Source: Escherichia phage UB. Taken from it: DNA of 64,000 bases. This document shows, piece after piece, positions 18,803 to 28,166 of the stretch. Below the pieces are notes generated by a model. That model had not been told where the DNA came from. It searched no databases and saw only the letters and a list, made by a program, of their open reading frames with translations. A program made the translations under genes and the position numbers. The first letter of the stretch is position 1; every line of letters begins with the position of its first letter. The stretch is taken from sequence record MH383160. One strand, 5' to 3'.

Positions 18803-19377
18803 AATTCTATCCCCGTATCAGTTAATTTCGTTCCGTCCATGTACTTAACAGTTATTTCAATGCGTCGATCAGTACTCAATTTTTGAAGATCATTGTAGTA
18901 CAATTTAAATTCTTCAAAGAATTCAAGTGGTGGAATATCGTATAAAGTACTAATCTGGAAGTGCTCAGGTAATCCAAATTCCAATATATCAATCTTAGGC
19001 ATAAGTCCATCGGCTGCTGCACCTTCTGGAGTACTGCTGTCTGCTACATAAAACATAGAATTACCATGACGCTGGATAACGAATACGCAATCATCTTCAC
19101 TTATATAAATCATATTTCCAAGGTATGGATCGTTATCACACCAATTGTCATGGACGAATTGATCAACTTGAAGTAAATCGTGTATAATTCCTCGACCACT
19201 ATCATCGATTCTAATATGTAAACCAGAATCACTTTTGCTCAACCAGCGGTATCTTGAATCACATCCTGATTCCATAAATGGATATTTTGAAAAATCCATA
19301 TCAGTACCATTATAAAACCAATCGTACCACTCATTACGCATACTAATCAGCTTAGTACTTAATTCTAATACATTCAT
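18799..19377 (-). CDS. hypothetical protein
   Basis: 192 aa ORF. Confidence 0.5.
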   Translation of the reverse strand: MNVLELSTKLISMRNEWYDWFYNGTDMDFSKYPFMESGCDSRYRWLSKSDSGLHIRIDDSGRGIIHDLLQVDQFVHDNWCDNDPYLGNMIYISEDDCVFVIQRHGNSMFYVADSSTPEGAAADGLMPKIDILEFGLPEHFQISTLYDIPPLEFFEEFKLYYNDLQKLSTDRRIEITVKYMDGTKLTDTGIEF

Positions 19378-19384
19378 TTTAGTT

Positions 19385-19687
19385 TTATCCTCTTAATTTA
19401 ATAGTACTGGCTGGATATTCTACAAAAGTATTATCTGGTAATCCTATACAGTAATAAGGTAAATACCCCATCTTTATATTAATACCAATTAAAATTCCTG
19501 TTTTATATGAAGTATTAATTCCATAGTAATCGTCTATATCAACAGCAAGTCCATATAATGATATGTTACAATCCTTGATGTATCGGTCAAACATTTTATA
19601 CATTGATGGATATAAAGTTCCATTGGATTGTCTCACCAAATCAGCCAACATTTTGATAGTACTGTTAATTAAATCTATACTGAACAT
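19385..19687 (-). CDS. hypothetical small protein
   Basis: 100 aa ORF. Confidence 0.45.
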   Translation of the reverse strand: MFSIDLINSTIKMLADLVRQSNGTLYPSMYKMFDRYIKDCNISLYGLAVDIDDYYGINTSYKTGILIGINIKMGYLPYYCIGLPDNTFVEYPASTIKLRG

Positions 19688-19700
19688 CTTTGTACCTGCG

Positions 19701-19726
19701 AAAAAAGACCAGCAAACGCTGGTCTA
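19701..19726 (-). terminator. rho-independent terminator
   Basis: AGACCAGC-AAAC-GCTGGTCT perfect 8-bp stem; A6 run on plus strand immediately 5' (T-run after hairpin on minus strand); just downstream of 19732..20013. Confidence 0.6.
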
Positions 19727-19731
19727 AGAAT

Positions 19732-20013
19732 TTAAATTATTTCATAAAGACAATATACACCATCAACGCCAGCATCAGGAAAATCAACATAGAAATTCAC
19801 ACTAACAGTGTCGTAATCTATATTAGTGATTCGTCCGGTTTTACCTACACTTTTTACAAATATATCAGACCCAAGATACACAAACTCGAACTCGTCAGCA
19901 TACTCTTTTATGATATCTGCGAACCAACAACCACACCTAGGTTCTGTGTTAATAATTTCAAGATATAATGTAATATATTGTTCGTATGTCCATGTGTGTA
20001 GATAAAAATCCAT
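19732..20013 (-). CDS. hypothetical small protein
   Basis: 93 aa ORF. Confidence 0.45.
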   Translation of the reverse strand: MDFYLHTWTYEQYITLYLEIINTEPRCGCWFADIIKEYADEFEFVYLGSDIFVKSVGKTGRITNIDYDTVSVNFYVDFPDAGVDGVYCLYEII

Positions 20014-20023
20014 AGAAGTTTCC

Positions 20024-20761
20024 TTAGAAATATATCATACCCATCAATTCAGAATCGGCGGGGCGAGTGTAACCTTGCTTCTTAACTTTAAAATAGAATG
20101 ATTCATGCTCTTCTAAATTATAACGTTTTTTCAAGCAACGAGTGTATGTCTGACAATTTGGGTGAACCCATTCATAAATGTGAATGCCATTTTCGTCATA
20201 ACCATTTATACTACAACGATTTCCTTCATGCTTCATGAAGTTTTTACTTTTTTCAGTAAATTCTTTCACTGTAGTTGTATATGGAGATTTGTATTCAAAA
20301 GGAACTTCAGTCATACGAAAATAATAGTATTCTTCGTCTTCATCATATCCCAAGAGCACTGTGTTAGTTTCACGTACATTGTAATGATTCTTACTTTTTA
20401 ATTCATTTTCGTATATATCTTTCAGTACTTCTGCAAAAACTTCCTCGCTTGATGCATTAGGATTAGATACACCTGATACTCGGCGTTCAATAATAAAATC
20501 AGTGAATTTACGGTCTTCGGCAATATCTTCGTTCATATAAAGACTAACAAACTTATCCTTATATGTCTTTACACTATATTGCTTACTTTGCACTTCACTA
20601 TAAACATCTGCTAACATATTCTCCTGACCACACTGCACACCACTTACAGAATAAGCACATGCATGTTCAGCCATTACTGATGTTAACATTTGGAAATTTG
20701 CCATGTTTAATTCATTCGCCATCTCTGTAGCGAAACGGATACGGTCAAGCATTTCACACAC
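20024..20761 (-). CDS. hypothetical protein
   Basis: 245 aa ORF. Confidence 0.5.
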   Translation of the reverse strand: MCEMLDRIRFATEMANELNMANFQMLTSVMAEHACAYSVSGVQCGQENMLADVYSEVQSKQYSVKTYKDKFVSLYMNEDIAEDRKFTDFIIERRVSGVSNPNASSEEVFAEVLKDIYENELKSKNHYNVRETNTVLLGYDEDEEYYYFRMTEVPFEYKSPYTTTVKEFTEKSKNFMKHEGNRCSINGYDENGIHIYEWVHPNCQTYTRCLKKRYNLEEHESFYFKVKKQGYTRPADSELMGMIYF

Positions 20762-20810
20762 TCCTTGTGTTAATTATTGTTCCTTACCCATTATTATATC
20801 ATGAATTAAA

Positions 20811-21107
20811 CTATTGTCCCTGTTTATAGCAATAAAGATTCTCTAATTTAAAGTCCACTAGGTCACATTCAGAACGTACTCGATTCTTGTTCCAGAATAA
20901 AATACGAATCCTTTCATAATCACGATAAACACTAATAATGCTTCGGTGCTTGGATTTGTAGTACTCCTGTACTATCCCCAGATACACAGTCCTCAATAAA
21001 GACTTAGTTGGATAGGGCATATTCTGTGCTGACGTGATATTGTAAATCATCTTCATTGTTTCAGCAATAAGTACTTCATTTGTTCTCATTGTAATCCTTA
21101 CATACAC
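20811..21107 (-). CDS. hypothetical small protein
   Basis: 98 aa ORF. Confidence 0.4.
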   Translation of the reverse strand: MYVRITMRTNEVLIAETMKMIYNITSAQNMPYPTKSLLRTVYLGIVQEYYKSKHRSIISVYRDYERIRILFWNKNRVRSECDLVDFKLENLYCYKQGQ

Positions 21108-21248
21108 TATGCAAAGTAAACCCTAAACCAACACCGACAAATGGAAATAGTAAATTGATATACCAAGTATTAATTGATGAAAGGAAACAAATCCCACATA
21201 CTGTCAGTACTGCCAATGAAAAAAGACTCCAGATAAAAAATACTGTTC

Positions 21249-21539
21249 TCATAAAAATATTACCTCATCAAATGAAAAGTTTAAGTACGTTGTTGAATCT
21301 TGGTCTAAACTATGAATAGTAATATGACCATTGAAATAAAAAGAAACATCAACTATTTGAAGTTTTGGGTATTTTCTAGTACTGAAATATCTACCCACTA
21401 ACACAGCATATATATAATCCCTGTACTCTTGAGTAATGAATTCATACATATTATGATTTGCACTGCACTTTTCATCATAAGTATTAGTATATTCTTTCAT
21501 CAGTAGAGCATATGTTTTTTGTATTAATATGATATTCAT
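21249..21539 (-). CDS. hypothetical small protein
   Basis: 96 aa ORF. Confidence 0.4.
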   Translation of the reverse strand: MNIILIQKTYALLMKEYTNTYDEKCSANHNMYEFITQEYRDYIYAVLVGRYFSTRKYPKLQIVDVSFYFNGHITIHSLDQDSTTYLNFSFDEVIFL

Positions 21540-21799
21540 AAATCACCTAATACCTCAAAAATTACTGATATTGGGTATAATGGGTTACCAGTTGAAGTAA
21601 TACATACAATTAGTACGTTTTTTCCTGGTCCCACATCCGTTATAGTGAAATTAATATTATTAATATTCAGTGATTTACCAATATAATGCTCTTTCAATAA
21701 TTCAACAAAATAATCCAGTACTGGATTATCTGCACTATATGATAACTCAGTACTTGATATCATTTTATATGTATGAACTATTAGTTCAGCTTTAGTCAT
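21536..21799 (-). CDS. hypothetical small protein (K-Y-x-G-like)
   Basis: Track ORF 21536..21922 trimmed to internal Met (MTKAEL...) to avoid overlap with upstream gene; contains KEHYIGKSL. Confidence 0.35.
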   Translation of the reverse strand: MTKAELIVHTYKMISSTELSYSADNPVLDYFVELLKEHYIGKSLNINNINFTITDVGPGKNVLIVCITSTGNPLYPISVIFEVLGDL

Positions 21800-21992
21800 G
21801 AACACGCTCACAATTAAGGCAATAAATGCACTCAATGTCAGGTCGCCATGATTTATCAAAATCTTTGTGCTGTTCTTCGGTGTATTCTGCATCATCATTA
21901 ATAGGGAAGAAATCACCAGCACCAGTCGCCCAGTCTGAATCTAAACGGAAACGAGCTAATTGAGTACTGTTACAATATGGACATTTATTCAA
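21792..21992 (-). CDS. small zinc-ribbon protein
   Basis: 66 aa with CPYC near N-terminus and CIYCLNC near C-terminus. Confidence 0.45.
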   Translation of the reverse strand: MNKCPYCNSTQLARFRLDSDWATGAGDFFPINDDAEYTEEQHKDFDKSWRPDIECIYCLNCERVHD

Positions 21993-22269
21993 AATTTATT
22001 CCTTCTAACTGATATACGTTTAATGAAAATGACCCACTATTATTATCGCATCTGAAACACAGTGTTAAAGAACCATTAAAACTAACTACATCCGTACAGA
22101 TACATTTTTCACCATTGGATATGATAGATTTTCCTATATATAAATCTCTTACTATAGTACGGTAATGTTGCCATAAAAAATAATACACACTTTCATAGTA
22201 CTCATCTTTTACATATGATAAGTATAAGAATTTATAAAATACTTGTATTTCCTTTAAGTTGTTTTTCAT
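21985..22269 (-). CDS. tandem paralogue family C member
   Basis: 94 aa; N-terminal LKEIQVFYKFLYLSY resembles neighbours. Confidence 0.45.
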   Translation of the reverse strand: MKNNLKEIQVFYKFLYLSYVKDEYYESVYYFLWQHYRTIVRDLYIGKSIISNGEKCICTDVVSFNGSLTLCFRCDNNSGSFSLNVYQLEGINFE

Positions 22270-22543
22270 TCTTCAATTCCAGTAAATTTACACCAATCCA
22301 ATCAACATCACTATCAGTACTTAATTCCAATCGTAGCTTACCGCTATGACTAACAATATCGCGGAATTTGTATATTTTATTATCACGAACTATACACAAA
22401 TCATGGTAATAATCATGTAATTCATCCAAAAACTTTATCCATACCGAACGATAGATTTCACTGTAGAGATATTCTCCAGCATCAACCGTAGCGTATTGGA
22501 TATACAAAAATTTGTATGTGAATTGTATATCATTTAATAACAT
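22232..22543 (-). CDS. tandem paralogue family C member
   Basis: 103 aa; MLLNDIQFTYKFLYIQY N-terminus. Confidence 0.5.
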   Translation of the reverse strand: MLLNDIQFTYKFLYIQYATVDAGEYLYSEIYRSVWIKFLDELHDYYHDLCIVRDNKIYKFRDIVSHSGKLRLELSTDSDVDWIGVNLLELKNEKQLKGNTSIL

Positions 22544-22553
22544 ATGTAACCTC

Positions 22554-22865
22554 TTATAAATTCACCAACTTCACAACTTTAATCTCGATAAATCCCCTAT
22601 CGGTTATTTCCTGAAATTGAACATGGATTATACCATTATATGATTGCACACCATAGAAATCGAATTTATCATTTCCATCGATAAAAGTACTGTAATTCTT
22701 TTTTATATATTCACCTACTGAATCTAAGTACTCAATATATAAATCAATAAATGGTTGTTCTTTGTATCGGTTATGTGAACCTATGTTGTTACTAACAAGG
22801 TATACATCATACAAATCATATAGGATCTTATAAGTGAATTGTATATCATTTAAATTTAATCCCAA
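22554..22865 (-). CDS. tandem paralogue family C member
   Basis: 103 aa; LNLNDIQFTYKILYDLYD N-terminus. Confidence 0.5.
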   Translation of the reverse strand: MGLNLNDIQFTYKILYDLYDVYLVSNNIGSHNRYKEQPFIDLYIEYLDSVGEYIKKNYSTFIDGNDKFDFYGVQSYNGIIHVQFQEITDRGFIEIKVVKLVNL

Positions 22866-23122
22866 GGGAATATCTCCAACGGAATACTGGTAAATCCAAA
22901 ATCAGTGTAGTACTGAACCTCAACTTTACCATCACGTCTAATGATTATATCAGAAAATTCTGCATGGTCATCACCAATAATAACAGTACTGAATTTTTTT
23001 TTAATCTTACCACGAATCGTATGAATCATTTCAGTGCCTGTGTCTTCTAGACTAGGGCTATCATTGTCGTGTGCTAAATCTCGAATAATCTTGTATGTTA
23101 GTAGGAAATCTTTATAATTCAT
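22856..23122 (-). CDS. tandem paralogue family C member
   Basis: 88 aa; MNYKDFLLTYKIIRDLAHD N-terminus. Confidence 0.5.
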   Translation of the reverse strand: MNYKDFLLTYKIIRDLAHDNDSPSLEDTGTEMIHTIRGKIKKKFSTVIIGDDHAEFSDIIIRRDGKVEVQYYTDFGFTSIPLEIFPWD

Positions 23123-23394
23123 ATGTCCACCAAATCTATACTATATCTTTCATTAGTATTACTATCTATAAATGATAGTACTAATTTACCACCAAAACTA
23201 TTAACTTGTTCTATCTTCTGTTTTTTACCACGAATGATTATCTCACTATTAACAAAATATTCACGTATCATTATTAAGTGATTAATCCAGATAGTATGAG
23301 TGAATGTGTTTTCTCGTATTGTATTGAGATATCTTCCATTGTGATGTAAATCAAACAAAACACTGTATGTATATTGTAGAACTTTATAATTCAT
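23119..23394 (-). CDS. tandem paralogue family C member
   Basis: 91 aa; MNYKVLQYTYSVLFDLHH N-terminus. Confidence 0.5.
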   Translation of the reverse strand: MNYKVLQYTYSVLFDLHHNGRYLNTIRENTFTHTIWINHLIMIREYFVNSEIIIRGKKQKIEQVNSFGGKLVLSFIDSNTNERYSIDLVDI

Positions 23395-23404
23395 ATATCC
23401 CCTT

Positions 23405-23433
23405 ACAAAAATAGCCCGAACTTATGTCGGGCT
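23405..23433 (-). terminator. rho-independent terminator
   Basis: AGCCCGA-ACTTATG-TCGGGCT 7-bp stem; A-rich run 5' on plus strand (T-rich after the hairpin on minus strand); downstream of 23441..24127. Confidence 0.55.
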
Positions 23434-23440
23434 ATGTACA

Positions 23441-24127
23441 TTATTCATCGTCGTCATCGTCATCTAGATCGATATAGATACTATCATCACCATCATCAAA
23501 GTACTCCACAATAACTCCTGGAATATTAAGAGCAGTAAACATTGCATCATATTTCTCATCAGATGGAATCAAAACAAATTCATCAATGTTTTGGACTTCT
23601 GGCATTTTATCTTCGGGGATACCCATATCAACAAGTGACTGAATAATCTTTTCTTTGAATTCTAAAAACTTCTCTTCAGATTCAAAATCCATAATAAGCT
23701 GTGCAACATATCCTTCATCGTTACCGAATGAAATTGACATTTGTGCATCAGTACCGACATAGCACCAAACACGTTTGCCTGTGTGTTGCTCAATAAAGTT
23801 TTGAATCTGTAACACAATGTCATGGCGAGAACTGTTAGCAATGTTGTTAAGATTTTCTACACCAGCATTAATTCCAGTACTGTCATTTGTTTCTTCAAAT
23901 TCACCATAATCACCCAATACATACTGTACACCTTCATGATGTAATGCATATGCATAGTCAAGGTCAGCGAGTGAATCGCACTTTCCACGGATCGGACGTA
24001 GGGAAAGACCTAAGCGAAGATAACGGAAGTATGTATTAGTATTTGTATTTGTCAACGTAATGCTCCTTAACAATATAAAAGTAGTTGCTGTTATTGTCAA
24101 AAAAGATAACCATCCCTTTATAGACAT
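23441..24127 (-). CDS. hypothetical acidic protein (start uncertain)
   Basis: 228 aa track ORF; C-terminal poly-Asp (DDDDDDE); N-terminal part overlaps a short TATTTG-type repeat and may be untranslated. Confidence 0.45.
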   Translation of the reverse strand: MSIKGWLSFLTITATTFILLRSITLTNTNTNTYFRYLRLGLSLRPIRGKCDSLADLDYAYALHHEGVQYVLGDYGEFEETNDSTGINAGVENLNNIANSSRHDIVLQIQNFIEQHTGKRVWCYVGTDAQMSISFGNDEGYVAQLIMDFESEEKFLEFKEKIIQSLVDMGIPEDKMPEVQNIDEFVLIPSDEKYDAMFTALNIPGVIVEYFDDGDDSIYIDLDDDDDDE

Positions 24128-24315
24128 TTACACCAATTTTGATTTCACATATGTTATTTGATTTACTGGCTTCAGTCAATAACATTTTGTGCTCTTTACT
24201 GAAAGTGTGGAACAGTGGTTTGACATGCCACATTTCGATACCATCCAGTACTGAAAATTTATCACTAAATTTAATCATTGATTCTTGTAAAAAATATCCT
24301 GTAAGATTTATTTCA

Positions 24316-24609
24316 TCACACATGTAAGTTTCCAAGAAAATTAATCACATCTTCATGGGTTAATGTATCATTACCTTCTAGTACATTAATGATAAACGGC
24401 ACTTGACGATATAGTTCAGCCAGGAATTGAACCTCATCAGATGTGTAAGAATATCCCATAGGAACAACCTGTGCAGTCCAGTTTCCTAGAGTTTTGTTAG
24501 CAATAATTGCAACTACAGTATTACCTTTGTATTCAACATGGATGGAACGAAATCCTGATTGCTCATTTTGATCCCAAAGTACTGGATTGGTTTTGAACAG
24601 TACTGACAT
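24316..24609 (-). CDS. hypothetical small protein
   Basis: 97 aa ORF. Confidence 0.45.
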   Translation of the reverse strand: MSVLFKTNPVLWDQNEQSGFRSIHVEYKGNTVVAIIANKTLGNWTAQVVPMGYSYTSDEVQFLAELYRQVPFIINVLEGNDTLTHEDVINFLGNLHV

Positions 24610-24611
24610 AA

Positions 24612-25145
24612 TTATTTCCTCATGTATTTTATAACGTCTTCAAATAATTGTATTTTTAAGTCCTCGTCATTTCCAGGTAAAAACTCACGAAAACTATCAA
24701 AATCTTCATTTTTTGCGAAGTTACGCATTTGTGTTGAGCTATATTGACTTGATTGGCGGTCAATACCTGCTTGAATTGCTTTTATATTACAAAAATTATA
24801 CAACTTCCCATTGTAACTGTCAAGTGTTTTCTGAAAAGAATCAATACGGTCTGAACCACATATAAAAAATACATCTAAATATTTTCCATCTAATTCACGC
24901 ATTATATCAAAAAGATTATCTTCAGTATAAATGTTTTCTTGAACCGAAGGATAGAAACCCTCAGTGTAATACATCTTTAATTCAGGAGGAAGCGGGTTTT
25001 TTATATTATCAGTACTGGTGCTTAGATATATTTTCAAATCTGCATTGTACTGTTCTTGTAATGTTTTGGCCTTTTCAAAAACTAAACCATGACCATTGTG
25101 GACTGGGTTACATCTCATAAATGATAATATACATGTTTCTTTCAT
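24612..25145 (-). CDS. HxGH-motif nucleotidyltransferase (NMN/NaMN adenylyltransferase-like)
   Basis: N-terminal SFMRCNPVHNGH fits the (H/T)xGH signature of the nucleotidyltransferase alpha/beta phosphodiesterase superfamily; SSTQMR near C-terminus resembles the ISSTxxR motif. Confidence 0.55.
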   Translation of the reverse strand: MKETCILSFMRCNPVHNGHGLVFEKAKTLQEQYNADLKIYLSTSTDNIKNPLPPELKMYYTEGFYPSVQENIYTEDNLFDIMRELDGKYLDVFFICGSDRIDSFQKTLDSYNGKLYNFCNIKAIQAGIDRQSSQYSSTQMRNFAKNEDFDSFREFLPGNDEDLKIQLFEDVIKYMRK

Positions 25146-25663
25146 AAATTCTTCATCACCAATCCAAGAGATTTAAGATAATTGATTTTAGCAGTGGTTA
25201 AGTACTTATCTAGTACTATCAGACACGAAGGAAATGGTGCTGAATCTGTTTTCTTCTCTGGTTCTTCTGGGATACCAAATCGTAACCTTCCCTTAATAAA
25301 ACAAATACAATCACAAACTTTCGCAGCATAATCCTGAAAAGCTATAGTATCCGTTCTTGATGGTACAAGAATTAATACAGTTGCCCCTTTATTATACGCA
25401 TCTACTGCTTTAGATAACCATGTTTTCAAATCACTATATGGAGGGTTCAACCAAACTATATTCTTTCCCCAATCCTGTGAAAGAGAATCATCATTTGGTG
25501 TAAAATAATTCTCACATAATGCAGTCTCATCAACACAAGCAGCATCAAGCGTAAATCCCCATAACTCATCTAACTCTTCAAAGAAATCTTTTGGAGTTGT
25601 CCAGTTATCTTTACCAGTACTGAAGTGTACTGAATGTTTGTTCGAAGTATCCTTCTTCGACAT
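25142..25663 (-). CDS. phage Dam-type DNA N6-adenine methyltransferase
   Basis: Motif IV NPPY (WLNPPYSD) and upstream FTLDAAC block typical of small phage N6A methyltransferases; 173 aa. Confidence 0.65.
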   Translation of the reverse strand: MSKKDTSNKHSVHFSTGKDNWTTPKDFFEELDELWGFTLDAACVDETALCENYFTPNDDSLSQDWGKNIVWLNPPYSDLKTWLSKAVDAYNKGATVLILVPSRTDTIAFQDYAAKVCDCICFIKGRLRFGIPEEPEKKTDSAPFPSCLIVLDKYLTTAKINYLKSLGLVMKNL

Positions 25664-25679
25664 GTTATAAATCCTTTTG

Positions 25680-26300
25680 TTATAGACAGTTCTGTACTAT
25701 CTTATCAAAAGTACTACTGTCAATGTTATATTCATACAAAAATTTAAAATGTGAACCATAACGCATCATCAGATTAAACTCTTCTTCAGTATTAAATTTG
25801 TAATCATGAAGAGTTTCAGGGGTACATGTTAAACCTAAAAACTCAATTATTTCAGATGTTACATCATTTCCTGAATTGAAGTATTTAACCCAAACACATT
25901 TTCCTTGTGGGTTGTATTTTCTATATTCTCCTTCTAGTTCTCCTTTTATAATATGAGCCTTAACACTTATTAAATTATTACTATATCTTTCCTCGAAATA
26001 ATTACCATACTGTGCTTTTAATATTGTTGGTTTTTGTGTAGGAAGTAATTTGACTGAAGTAACTTCAATGCCGTTCTGTAATTCCTTTATGTACGAAATG
26101 CATCCTTTTTCTTTAATAACAACAAATCCTGTAAAGTTATCTTCATCTTGTAATTGGTTTTCACAATCAACAAAATCCAAAGTCTTATAGGTAAAAGTTT
26201 TTTGTTTTCTAATAAATGCCATCATTATTCCTATGGAAACATCAATGAATATACGTGACGTTGATTTCATCAACATCAGTAGAATTACCATGCTACGCAT
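25680..26300 (-). CDS. hypothetical protein
   Basis: 206 aa ORF; start uncertain. Confidence 0.5.
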   Translation of the reverse strand: MRSMVILLMLMKSTSRIFIDVSIGIMMAFIRKQKTFTYKTLDFVDCENQLQDEDNFTGFVVIKEKGCISYIKELQNGIEVTSVKLLPTQKPTILKAQYGNYFEERYSNNLISVKAHIIKGELEGEYRKYNPQGKCVWVKYFNSGNDVTSEIIEFLGLTCTPETLHDYKFNTEEEFNLMMRYGSHFKFLYEYNIDSSTFDKIVQNCL

Positions 26301-26840
26301 GTCTAATTCTACAAGTACTATTTTCTTTTAATTAATATTGACGGGGTTTGCTTGAGCATATTTCATCCCCCCGCAGGGGAAAGAACAAAAAAGTTTGACG
26401 CTGGTGGCCTTCACATAGTTCATATCACGAATTCTCTTACGAGACGAAAGCGGGTTGCTCTGTTTCTCTCTATCGCGGTTCTTGTAGCAACGGTCGTCGG
26501 TCTTAAACATCCCGACACATAATACAAATACCATATGACCAGTACTTGTATTTGATTTCACAAAATTTGGACGCAACTATATTGTATAATTCCGACCGCA
26601 TATTTCTTATGAAATCTCCCTTAGATAATTGGTAAGGTGCGATCCTTATATGTCTATCGAGGAACTCTCTTTATCCTATTGGAGTTCTTTATACAGCCGC
26701 ATTGCCGTGAGTGGTTCAAACTATGCCATCATCTAACGGGTTTCATCTGCTGTTCGTACTGAAAGGACTACTCATCTACCCTCTACATTTTCGAGTGGAT
26801 TAGGCTTTTAATCATTTCCTCATAGGAACCTTTCAGGATT
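26301..26840. other. GC-richer non-coding island (candidate structured RNA or regulatory region)
   Basis: About 540 bp without a convincing ORF; visibly higher GC than surroundings (runs such as CCCCCCGCAGGGG, GGTCGTCGGTC); flanked by terminator at 26841-26874. Confidence 0.35.
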
Positions 26841-26874
26841 AAAAAAAAGGTGACAACAACATCTGCTGTCACCT
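26841..26874 (-). terminator. rho-independent terminator
   Basis: GGTGACA..loop..TGTCACC 7-bp stem with A8 run on plus strand 5' side (T8 after hairpin on minus strand); immediately downstream of 26904..27758. Confidence 0.7.
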
Positions 26875-26903
26875 TACATTATATCATTAACTTATTCTTT
26901 GTC

Positions 26904-27758
26904 TCAGTTATATTCTGTTTTTTCAGTAAAATTTGTCAGTATATCAACGCTTACGCATCTAATAATTTCAATCTTACTTGGCATTAAACGGTGTTTATTT
27001 TTAACGTACAATTCATCATCTTCAATAAAAGACGTAAAAATGAATGCCATATCTTCACGTGGAATTTGTAAAATATCACACATTTCATTTGCCGATGCTA
27101 CTGGTGAATCATTGTAATACTTAGAGTATGCATTGGATTGGCGACCGATTATAATAGAATTTCTGATTAGAAAATTACTACAGTACTGAAAATCTTTGTA
27201 GTACTTTTCAATAATGTACGGCATAAGTGCTTCTTTCACGTCTTCATACCCATTAGTACTATCAATTGCTATACAGTAATCTTCACGTTCTTTTTTCTCA
27301 TGATGGTAATCATAAACATACTCAAAGAATGAATTTTTATTTAATGAATCATTTAAACCAACTGATCCACTATAGTATGATTTTCTATCATTCAATCGAT
27401 CATCTGGGCATGATGCATACATAGAAGTGTCATGTGATGATGTACCAATATAAATTTTCTTAGTAATATGATTATATGCTATGTAATCATAATCTTGAAC
27501 TCCAGTTAGCATTAACTGGAACATTAAATCATCAGGAACATCAATTAACGGGTACTCAAACTTCGAATATCTACTGCGGCAGAAGTTCTTTTCAAATGCT
27601 CGGTATGTGATAAAATCTTTTAGATTTTTACAAGATTCATGTTCATGAGCACTACTGATACGTACATTGACATTAGTCGATGTGCAATATCCATCCGAAT
27701 CTTCGGTGAAGTTACCAGCATAATCCTTATTGTAGTCAACGATTAGATAAAGTTTCAT
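26904..27758 (-). CDS. hypothetical protein
   Basis: 284 aa ORF; contains PDDLMFQLML, a degenerate family A-like motif. Confidence 0.55.
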   Translation of the reverse strand: MKLYLIVDYNKDYAGNFTEDSDGYCTSTNVNVRISSAHEHESCKNLKDFITYRAFEKNFCRSRYSKFEYPLIDVPDDLMFQLMLTGVQDYDYIAYNHITKKIYIGTSSHDTSMYASCPDDRLNDRKSYYSGSVGLNDSLNKNSFFEYVYDYHHEKKEREDYCIAIDSTNGYEDVKEALMPYIIEKYYKDFQYCSNFLIRNSIIIGRQSNAYSKYYNDSPVASANEMCDILQIPREDMAFIFTSFIEDDELYVKNKHRLMPSKIEIIRCVSVDILTNFTEKTEYN

Positions 27759-27770
27759 ACATCTCCAGAC

Positions 27771-27802
27771 AAAAAAAAAGGACGAGATAACAAATCCCGT
27801 CC
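27771..27802 (-). terminator. rho-independent terminator
   Basis: A9 run then GGACG..CGTCC hairpin on plus strand, i.e. hairpin followed by T9 on minus strand; downstream of 27812..28117. Confidence 0.65.
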
Positions 27803-27811
27803 TTTGGTTTA

Positions 27812-28117
27812 TTAGTGACTTGCCCAGCAGTAAACAGGACGTAGATTTTCCATTGGATTTACTTCAGGCTTCAGTACTGTTACACGTACTTCATATGGAG
27901 TTCCATCTGCATGATGGAATGTTTCATAATGAATACTTTCAATAAATGTTTCGTATTCTTCTTGTGAACGTGAACGTACTGCTGATGAATATTTCTTCTT
28001 AGAATCTGCTTTAAGTGTAACACTGACTAGTTCTGATTCCTCACCTTCTTCAAGTTTGTTGAAATCGAACTCTGGTACACCTTCAAACATATCAAATTTC
28101 ATTCCATTGTCTTCCAT
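27812..28117 (-). CDS. hypothetical small protein
   Basis: 101 aa ORF. Confidence 0.5.
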   Translation of the reverse strand: MEDNGMKFDMFEGVPEFDFNKLEEGEESELVSVTLKADSKKKYSSAVRSRSQEEYETFIESIHYETFHHADGTPYEVRVTVLKPEVNPMENLRPVYCWASH

Positions 28118-28166
28118 TTTTAAATTCCTTTTATATAATGTTAATTAGATATTTTTAATAAGCAGA

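Noticed and set aside
21536-21922. Long N-terminal extension of ORF 21536..21922 overlapping the upstream zinc-ribbon gene by about 130 nt
   Set aside because: The extension is hydrophobic and low-complexity and overlaps another ORF in a different frame; an internal Met start at about 21799 gives a compact non-overlapping gene.
23990-24060. Short TATTTG-type tandem repeat near the 5' end of ORF 23441..24127
   Set aside because: Only 2-3 units; probably a low-complexity AT-rich leader and not a functional microsatellite.
26328-26576. 82 aa minus-strand ORF inside the GC-rich island
   Set aside because: No RBS, atypical composition, Arg/Cys-rich translation; more likely non-coding.
26301-26840. 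tRNA gene or group I intron in the GC-rich island
   Set aside because: I could not find a canonical tRNA T-loop (GGTTCGAATCC-like) with matching acceptor stem, nor recognisable group I P7 or P3 core sequences by eye; left as an unclassified non-coding candidate.
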